64,000 nt of DNA from Elusimicrobiota bacterium (lineage in GTDB: Bacteria; Elusimicrobiota; Elusimicrobia; F11), in contig JBGAON010000001.1 of the NCBI GenBank assembly GCA_044221725.1, forward strand, positions 192,001-256,000, in the 5' to 3' direction. Under the pieces are notes generated by a model that saw only the letters and a program-made list of their open reading frames with translations, ran no database searches and was not told the DNA's origin. Shown here piece by piece: positions 54,401-64,000 of this stretch; position 1 is the stretch's first letter, and each line of letters opens with the position of its first letter. The translations under genes were made by a program, and so were the position numbers.

Positions 54401-57400
54401 GATGTGGTTGTTCGCCTAACGGACGCCTTCTACAACGTCATTACTGGCGGAGCGATGCCAACGGTTGGTCTCACGACGACGGACCCGTACGACGATGAAA
54501 CCACGTTCTTCGGTGGTAACCCGCAGTCGCTCGATCCATTTACCGGTTCGGCCACAATTGGTGTGTTCTTTAACACGAGCTCAAGCTGGACCGTTACTGC
54601 GACCGACGATCCGTACACGAATCTGTATCAGAACGACACATCAACGACGGTGTTCGTGCAACCGGCCGCGCCGACGCGACTGTTGGTGATTATGCCCGGC
54701 GAAACACACACGCCTGGGAAAGTTACAGCGCCCCAAGGAAAGACCGGTACTCCCATAACGCAAACCGCGGGCGAAAACGTGCCGGCCACCGTTCTTATCG
54801 TTGATAACTACTACAACCTCGTCAGTACCGCGCAGAACCCGATTTCGATTACGACCGACGATCCGTACGATACCGATCCCGGAAATTATTCCGTGACCGG
54901 CGGTTCTCTCACAATTTCAAACTTGAGTTTCCGTGTGGCTTACCGTTCGGCCGTGGTGACCGCCACCGACAGTGATTCGGCCGGTCCGAGCCTCGTTGCC
55001 GGTAATTCAGCGTCGGTGCCGGTGTTGCCTTCCACGGCGACAAGATTGCAGTTGGTGCTGCCAGGCGAAACCGCACAACCCGGAAACACCGCGCTTGTCC
55101 GCGGAGTGACGGGCACACCAACGGCAACACAATCGGGCGTGAACATTCCTGTGCAAGTGCGGTTGACCGACAGCTTCTGGAACCTGACACAATCAACGAG
55201 CGCTGTCCGGCTTACGTCGGCAGACCCGTTTGATGGAACATCGGGCCCATGGCCATCAGCGGGTAAAGATCCGTACGATTTTGTGGTCGTACAAGGATCG
55301 GGAACGTTCAACTTCCCGCTCATCACCATCAGCACAACGGGTTGGGCTTTGACCGCGACCGATACCGACGACAACACATCACCTTATCCTATTCGTTTCA
55401 CAAGTTTTGTGTCATCAACGATCGTCGTTAATCCCGGCCCGCCAGCGAAGTTGATCACGGTGTTACCGGGTGAGTCGGTAGCGTCGGGTAGTTTGACGGG
55501 CAAAACCGGAGTCGCGTCAACGGCAACGGCCGGCGTTGAAATCGACGTGAAAGTGTATGTGGCTGATGCGTTCAATAACGTTGTAACGGTTCCGCCGGCA
55601 ACAGCGGGGACAAACTCCGCCGACGTTCGTATAAAAGTGGCCAACAACACCGATCCAAACGTCATCATCAATACCTCGACCCAAGCAATTTCGCCAGTGA
55701 CCGGACTGACCATATTCCAGATGACGTTGGTGAAGGCCAGCACGCACTCGATCCAAGCGGATGACATAAGTGTCAATCACAGCGCTTGGACAACATCGGT
55801 GTCGTCGACATTCACCGTTGTGCCAAACACGGCGACGCGTTTGTTGACGCTGATGCCCGGGGAAACGGCGCTGCCGGGCACCGGCGCTCCTGGAAAAACC
55901 GGCACGCCCACCGCGCAAGTGGCTGGCGCTAGTTTCCCTGTCATTGTGCAGATTGTGGATGACTACTACAATCAACAACCGAGCCATCCGGCCGAGAATT
56001 TGCGCGTCGACACTTCTGACCTTTACGACACGCATCCGGGAACGGCTACGTACGCCGACGGAACGAGCAGCGATATTTTTGCAGTGACGTTGCGCACGAA
56101 AGGCGCTTCTCACACGCTCGCGGCCTATGACACGAACATGCTCATGCCCGGAACGACTTGGACGTATTCTCAATCGGGCACGTTCACCGTTAACGCTTCA
56201 AGCGCGAGCCGCTTCTTGGTGTTGTTGCCCGGCGAATCGCAAGTCGAAGGTTCATTGACAGGCAAATCCGGTGCGATATCGACGGTCACGGCCGGTGTTT
56301 CGTTTGCATTGACGGTGCTTGTAACGGATGAGCAGTTCAACACGGTCACCAACAGCACGGCACCCCATGTGCTCTTGCATTCAAATGATGTGCTCGAAGA
56401 ATATGTTTCAGCGAATCCCAATGATGTATTAAACGGCTCACGCGGTTACACCATGAAAGCGAAAACCGCGACGACGAATTTCAGTGTTACCGCGTCGACG
56501 ACAACGGGAACGCCCGTTGGTACCGAACGAATTGTCGATGGCACAGCGTCGGGTATGCGTGTTTGGCCGGCCGGCGCGAATCATTTTGAGTTCGCGAATT
56601 TGCCGTCCTCGCCAATCGCAGCCGGTGATCCTTTCAACGGCACGATCCGCGTTCGTGACCAATTCCAAAACATTATTTCAACCGGCCCGAATCTTTATAC
56701 GGGCACCGTTGTGTTCCAAGCGGAGACATCCACGGACCCTGCGCAGGTGGCCGTTCTACCACCGAATTTCACGTTCAGTGCGTCTGATGCGGGAATCAAA
56801 GATTTCATCGGAGGCCCGGAAGGGAACTTCACATTGAAGAAGGCCGGATCGCGTTGGTTGAAGGCCTATGATTTCGGTGATTCGAACATCAGCACGGAAC
56901 GCTCGGGCTATTCATCGCGTCCGTACATCACGGTGTTGCCGGGTGTTGCCAACAAGTTCTTGATCTTGAGCCCGCTTGATATCTCCGACGGTGTGACCGA
57001 CAGCAAAGTGTCTGTGCCCGCCGGAAATATTTCGAACCTCGGAAAAACGCAATTGGTCGGACAACTTTCTGACCAGTTTAATAACTACATTAGCACACCG
57101 AATTTTGGTGTGGATCTCTCCGCGATCAATGTCACGGGTTCAACGGGAACGTTTAAGTATCAAAGCGGCGTTTCGTATACGACCATTACGTCGACATGGA
57201 CGGACGCGAACGGGCAAATCGGTGCGAACCCGGCTTTCTATTATTTTGTGTCTACGAAGGCGGCCGACAAAGCTCAGATTCGCTTGTCCAGCGGCTCAAT
57301 TATCGGGGACTCGTTGCAAATCGTGACGGTTGGTGGTTCGCCATCGAAACTCGTGTTTGTTAACCCGCCCGCTTCTTCTCAGGTTGGTCAGTGGACCGCA

Positions 57401-60400
57401 AATCAGTTTACACTCGAACGGCGCGACGACTTCGATAACGCGACATCGCAATCCGTATCCAACGTGACGCTGGGTCTCGGGACCGGACAAGACACCACGC
57501 ATTCAAACGACAGCAAAACGTTTTACTTCACGCAGCCTCTGGATCAAGCCAGTCACATTAACACGATGGTGTTTAATATCGGCGTCTCGCAACTCAAATT
57601 CTCGTTCTATGACACGATGTCGTCTTTGCCGATAGGTGAAGATGGTCGCCTTGGCACCTGGCAAATTCGAGCGGACGGTCCACCGTTGACAGCGGCTGTC
57701 TATGAATTGCCGGTGAACGCAGGACCGACAGCCACCATTGGCGTCGACAATGCGAAACACTCGGTCGAGGCTGGTAAAACGACTTATCAAGGCGTGGTTC
57801 AAGAATTCCAATTCGAATTGTGGGATTCGTTTGCAAACCCAACGTTGGCGACCGAAACAATAAAGATCATCTTTACCAGCACACGTTCGGCGTCAGCGAC
57901 GAACGACGCGTTCGGATTCGTCACAAGTTCAAGTGTGGTATCGCTGCCGGGGCTCACGGCGCTCACGACCGGTACCATCGATATTGCATCCGGCACGTAT
58001 GTCAGTAACTTCTATTACTTCGATACACGCTCGAGTGAATCGTATGGAATATTGTCTTCCAGTCGTCCGGTGATCGGCGGTTACGCGGCGCAACGAAGCT
58101 GGCAAACAGCGGATCACTTTGTCGATATTCAACCGACGTTCGACTTCCAAAACAAAGTGGTGATCTTGTCGTCGCCAGCCGTGTTTGTCGCGGGTGGAAC
58201 GTCCACGGTTCGTCAAATTCAGTTGCAGGACAAATATTCCAACCCCACACCGGTTATTCTCGGTTCGGAGGACTCGAATGGCAACGGCATCCAATTCAAG
58301 TTGCAATCCGATTCCGCCGGCAATTACGGTTTTGCATCACCATCCACTGCGACATTCTCAACCGGAGACGGTTTGGCTCAGTTGATGTTGGGCCAACACA
58401 CAACCACGTATTACTTGCGCGACACAAAATCCGGGAACCATTTGCACACGGTACGGGAAAATCTGTCGCCGTCGCGTGGTTGGGCTATCGATACACAAAC
58501 ATACACGGTGGTTGCGGCGCCACCGTATAAGATTCTCTTTGTGACACCGGTCCGAAAACTGATCGCTGGCACAACGAATACCTACGCGGTGGGCGTCTCA
58601 ACTCCGAACATTCAGATACAGATGCAAGACGTCTATGACAACGTGGCTATTTCCACGTACTCGCAAGTGATCGACATCTTCTCGAATTCTTCTCTTGGAA
58701 AGGCTTCGGTGTCACCGAACGGAACCTTCGCGTCCATCTTCGGAGCAAACGCCTTGTCACTGACGTTCAGTGCAGGTATTTCGGAACGTGATTTCTTCTA
58801 CGAAGACGACACCACCGGTTTCCCTGTGTTGTCCGCTGTGCATCAACAAAATCTTTTGCGCTCAACAACGCAGCAGGTGATCATCACTCCAAACCGAGCG
58901 ACGAAGCTTTCGCTTGAGCATAACTTTAGTTTCACGTCACCGCTCAGCGTCCGAAACGAGGGAATTATTAATGTGGTAGCGCGTGACCAATTTAACAATG
59001 TCGCCGATGGTGGCGCGTCCATGGGTGAGAACAACGGCTATCTTTATTCCGGCACAATCATGTTATCGCAATCTGCGAGCACAACGTCCGTGACATTGTC
59101 TGGCGATGGTGTTGGAATATCCACCCTCACATTAACCGCATCGGCCACCGGCACCTTTACCGTGAAAGATTTGATTCAAGAGACTCTGCGCTTGTATGCG
59201 ACGGATTACGCCCGTCCCAGTGTTTACGGTCAAACAAACTTAGCTCCGTCGAACAGCGACATCACAACGACGGGTCTCGTTGGCACACCCGTCGATATGG
59301 CTCCCGAGCCCATTGGCGCTCGTTCGCCATTTAAAGACGCAATCTTCGTTCCGATCGCATTGGCACAAGGAGATGGGACCACGGCGGATAAACCAAACCC
59401 GGTTCCGATGTTGCGTATTCGCGCGGAAGTAAAACCAACCGGTATCAACACCTACGCTGTCTGGAAAGCCCTGCGCGTTACGAAACTCGGATCCATACCG
59501 AACCAAGATGTGATCGAAGTTGCCCTATGGAGAGATATGGGCTTTAAAGACGGTGAATTCGATCCGACCGATGATGGCAATGGCGTTACCGTCGGAGTTC
59601 CTCTGGCCACGGGAACATTCCAGAATGTTTCGGGCAACGATATTTGCGATTTGGACTTTACCGCGTCGTCCCAGACGGTTACGACGATTTTCCAGCAATA
59701 CTTCATAACGGTGCGCATAAGCACGACGGCCACCGAAAACACCACTTTGGGTGTGGGGGTGTTGGATTCGAGCGCGTTTACTATTCCGGCAGCCGAATCA
59801 ACGGCCCGGATTGCCGAAAACAACTTCCCCATGCTCTCGTACAAGTCAGACATTATCAAGACGCCAGCGCCTGTGATGATGAAGGTCACCGACATCGCCG
59901 CTTATTACAGCAACCAGAAGAGTTCGAGCGTGCCGCAAGGTTTGCCGGCCGCGGGATATTTGAAAGTCGCGGTTTGGACACGGAACTTCACCGGTGTGCT
60001 GGACAAAATTCGTGTCACGCGTATTGGAACGGCGAGCGATCTCGATGTGACGGACGTGCGGATGTACATGGACGGCTTGGACGGTACCAATGGCGACGGA
60101 TTCTTCCAGCCAGCGGGCGATACGTTGATCAATTCCAGTGTCGTGAGTTTCTCGACGAGCGCCGCGACATTGGATATTCAACCGAATCTGTTGGTTGACG
60201 GGACAACGAAATACATGTTCATTGTGATGGGGGTTGCCGAGTCGGCCCAGATTGGAGCGACGTTGGGCGTGCGTATTCCGTCGCGAACCGACGTGATTTT
60301 GACCGACGGTCTCATGGTTGACTTCAATCAGGATCCCACGATGCAATCGTTCCCAGTCCTTTCCGGAACACCGCCGATTGCCGCCACAAACGATCACTTG

Positions 60401-63400
60401 GTTATTAATCCGGTTCCGATTGCGCCTGCGGCAGCCATCCAGGGCGACAAAGACGTCGGACTCTTACGGCTCGATATGAACGCCAGCGATCACTCTGTCA
60501 TTCTCACGGGCATTCGTATCAACCGCAAGAACGCAAATCTTGTGAACAAGGCTGACGACGTGTCGGATATTCGGATTTACTACGACATTGACGGCGACAG
60601 GGTGTTTAACGCATCCGTCGATAAGATCGTCTCATCGACGAGCAAAGCTGTTAAATTTAACTCGACGACACTAACGTCTCCAATTTCGAATTCGGCGACG
60701 AATATCCCTGTGCAGTCAGTGGAAGATTTCCCAGTGGCTCCAGGACGCCTGGTTATCGAAGACAATTCCGGCAACCGCGAAGTTGTTACCTACGCCGGTA
60801 TCGACGCAGTATTCAACGAATTTACCGGAGTGACGCGGGGCGTTGAAGGCAGCACCCCCATTGCGCATGCTTCCAATGTCCAGCTCGACGGCCAGGCGTC
60901 GATTCCGGTGTTCGGTCCGTTTAACGGCCAAGAAATTCTGGGCAACCTGAAGTTCAAGCCCGAAACATTGTTGGCGGCGGATCTTGACGCGAGCACCGGG
61001 CCGATAACGATTTCCATCGCCGATACAACGGAGTTCCCAGCCAGCGGTGCGTTCCAAATTGGTTCCGAACTTGGCTTGACCTACACCGGTAAGACCGCAA
61101 CAACGTTAACAGGGGTTCGTCGAACCGCCGCTGTTTCGCACATTACCGGTGAATCTGTGTTTGGCGCGGCGCGCAACAAATCATTCTTTGTCGCCTACGA
61201 CATTGCCGATCTCGCGACACCGGGCCGCCTGGCTGGAGCGCAAACAGTTCTTGGCCTTGATATTCCAGCAACCTCCTATATTTCCGTTGGAGCGCCCGAC
61301 GTTGTGGACCCGGTGCCAAGCTTCAATGCGGAAATCGGCGACATATTTGAATACGGTGATTCAATCACGGTAACGTCCACAAACACATCAACCGGCAACA
61401 CGTTGCAACAACAGTCTGTGAATCAACCCATACTCCAAATGATGATGGCCACAAATAAAGCGGAGGCGTACTGGACGAACCTGGTTGTCACGGCGACCGG
61501 CACGGCAAATCCAGCCGATGTGAAACGAGTCTCCGTGTGGAGAGATGCGGACAACAACGGCGTATTCACAACGCAGAACGACGTGTTGATCGGCAGTGGA
61601 ACCTTCGGAAATACGGGCAATCCGAAACTTGCTTCGATTGCGTACGTCGCACAACAAAAACTTGTGACGAACAGTCGGAGCTTGGCTCAAGGTATAACGC
61701 AACGTTATTTCGTTACCGTTGACATGGAATCATTGGCGACGCCCGAAACGACGTTTGGCCTCGTGCTCGCGGGGCCCTCTTCGTTCTCCATGGTGCCGAC
61801 GCCGCCCAATTTGGACACCGTCGCGAATACGAATTTGCCGTTCGCGTCGAAGTTGCGCACGGTCATACCATCGCCACGTGTTGTGACTATTCAGCCAACA
61901 ATGCTTCATAGCAATTCGCTCGGAGTGTCAGCGACTCCGGTGGTGGACGTCGATATTACGGCGAGCGCCACGGCGATTCCAATCCGACCGAACACATTGG
62001 GATTGCCGACCTCGGGTTATGCGGTCATCGATTCCGAAGTTGTGTTTTATGCCACGAAAAGCAACGGTGCCCTTCAAAGTGTATCCCGTGCCCAATTGGG
62101 TACGGTTGCGAATGCTCATCTGGGGGGATCGCAACTTGGTGTGTACTACACGCAAGGCGATCTCAACAACGCGTACATGAAACTGCTTGTTTCGTGTAAC
62201 GGATTCAACGTTCGCTGGTTCTCGCTAAAACTCAACCGCTATTTGCCCGCGGGTTCTATTAAGGGCGATGATCAAGACGTGACGATGATCCATGTTTGGA
62301 AAGATAACGGGAATGGAATCCTCGATCGCGATCCAAGCACCGGTCAAATTCCGCCCGGAACCGAAGTTCTCGTCGGTGAAAAAGCCCTTGGAACGAATGG
62401 GGATGCCGGTGGAACCGCTTCCATCGCTCTAAACGACCCGACCGCTGGAAGTCCGGGTTTCGCGCTTGTCACGTCGCAGCAGACCACGTATTGGATTACG
62501 GTCGATGTGAATCCGACCGCGCTATTTGACGATTTGCTTGGCTTTAAGATTCAAGCCCCAGCGAGTTTCACGATTGGCGCGCTCACCGCCAACGACGGCA
62601 TCCATTCGGTGTCGACGACCAGCATCCCCATCACCTCGGCCGCGAGCGTTATTCGTCCGACCATCGACACGATGAAAATCTTTATTGAAGACCTGGCGCC
62701 GCCGCAGGTTACGCAAAACAAGAAATTTGTGCCGATCGCCCGAATCAATCTTAAAACCGATGCGAACACCGCCGTGTGGCAGAAACTCCGTGTTGACTTG
62801 ACCACCGACAACGGTGCTGTTAGCGGTGACGTATCGGCGATCCGTCTCTTCAAAGACGTCGGAAACGACACGATCTTTAATGTTCAGGAAACGTCCACAG
62901 ACGTTAACGGGAAACTAATAAACATGTTGTCCCAAGGGACCGAAACCTTTAACGATAAGGTCACCACGCTTATTTTAAATCCGCAGGTCATCGAATCGGA
63001 AACCGTGAATCCGGCAGGCCAAAACTATTTCTTGGCCTATGACATTAACGCGTTTGCGCAGGTCGGCGTAAACGTGGGCGCGCAAATTGCGACAACCGAT
63101 TATTTCACAATCGCCTACCCCGACGTTGAGACATTCAACGCGGTGACGCCGCCGTTCCTAAGTTCACGCTCGAATATTGTGGCGGTATCGAACCAAATCA
63201 CGCTGTCGGTAGATGACAACGCGAAACAGGTGGCGAACACCGGCGGAACCTATCAAGCGAGTCAGAACGTCGAAGTCATGCGATTCACTCTGACCACGGA
63301 TATTTCACAGGCCTATTGGAATGCCATTCGAATCGAACGAAACGGATCGTCTCCGACACAAGGATTTCAATACGGTCACAACGAAGATGTGAAGTACGTG

Positions 63401-64000
63401 AAGATTTGGCGTGATGTTAACTTCAACGATCAATTGGATGCGGGGGATGAATTGTTGTCAGCGCCGACGATCCAATTTGATTTGACGGATGAGAACAACC
63501 GCATTGTTCAGATACCGTTAACGAAGCCCGTGTTGTTATCGCCGACGGCAAGAAGCTTCTTCTTGTCATACGATATCGGTGAAGGGGCCGAAGCGGGTGC
63601 CGCCGTTGGTGCAAAAATTGGTGACACGGCTTGGATTTCCGTAAGCCAACCGAATCAAGTCTCTCCCACGATTAAATTTTTGACGGCGAGTGCCACGAAT
63701 CAATCGTATCCGTACGAAACGTCGTTGATCCCGATCAACGCCGTGCTGGTCGATGTGGCCGGCCAAACGTTGTCGCCCGCGCAGATTCCGCAATTGTCGA
63801 CCGGTGTCCCAATGATGATGCTATCGATGAAGACGGATCGAAACTTTGTCACGCTGAAGAAAATCAAGTTCTACCAAACCGGAACAATTGAGACTTCTGT
63901 GGATGGCCAAGGCGACATTAAGCAAATTTCGATCTGGCGCGATAACGGAAACACGATCTTTGAGCCGTACGCCGATACATTGATCGGATCGGTGTTGCAT
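41798..64000 (+). CDS. Giant protein, 3' part (frame +2, open to window end, >7400 codons); continuation of the 17236 gene
   Basis: Frame +2 opens after TGA 41795-97, reads NAMAFTGPNVWTSTHPTLQDG as in copy 1, and ends EPYADTLIGSVLH at 64000; the ORF track lists no + frame-2 ORF here, consistent with no stop; many segments translated manually. Confidence 0.93.

Noticed and set aside
46130..56560. GKT/GKS motifs as Walker A P-loops
   Set aside because: Variable spacing, extracellular beta-rich repeat context, no Walker B or alpha/beta pattern
42087..63793. Many short ORFs on both strands suggesting non-coding or fragmented DNA
   Set aside because: All are shadows of the uninterrupted frame +2 ORF
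1..64000. tRNA, rRNA, CRISPR array, transposase or integrase
   Set aside because: None recognised; the window is almost fully protein-coding

Overview
Bacterial chromosomal window with two parts. 1-16 kb holds a small signalling cluster (partial XylR_N/V4R sensor, FIST-like protein, TM-GAF-HD-GYP), then a dense + strand housekeeping run: rsmI, argC, zinc-ribbon protein, argJ, tsaC/Sua5, LMW phosphatase, glyA, WecA/MraY-family transferase, wecB, DUF3467-like, RNase HI, yajQ, GH-like protein, DAG-kinase family, folD. 16-64 kb holds two small exported-looking proteins and what is very probably ONE giant gene. The ORF track shows only its first 8021 codons (17236-41301). A second open frame (+2), absent from the track, runs from 41798 off the window end (>7400 codons) and continues the same domain array. 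The break is an ~800-bp indel-riddled patch inside the second copy of a near-identical 1815-bp tandem repeat and looks like unpolished consensus error. Repaired, the gene would be >=15,595 codons and still unfinished. Its architecture: signal peptide, two propeller-like head domains, ~68 Trp-rich Ig-like repeats, 27 'LPGE...GKTG' repeats, ~7 other Ig-like units, and >=8 larger acidic-loop repeats carrying three nested phage-structural-like modules. All domain calls come from reading motifs by eye; no database searches were run.
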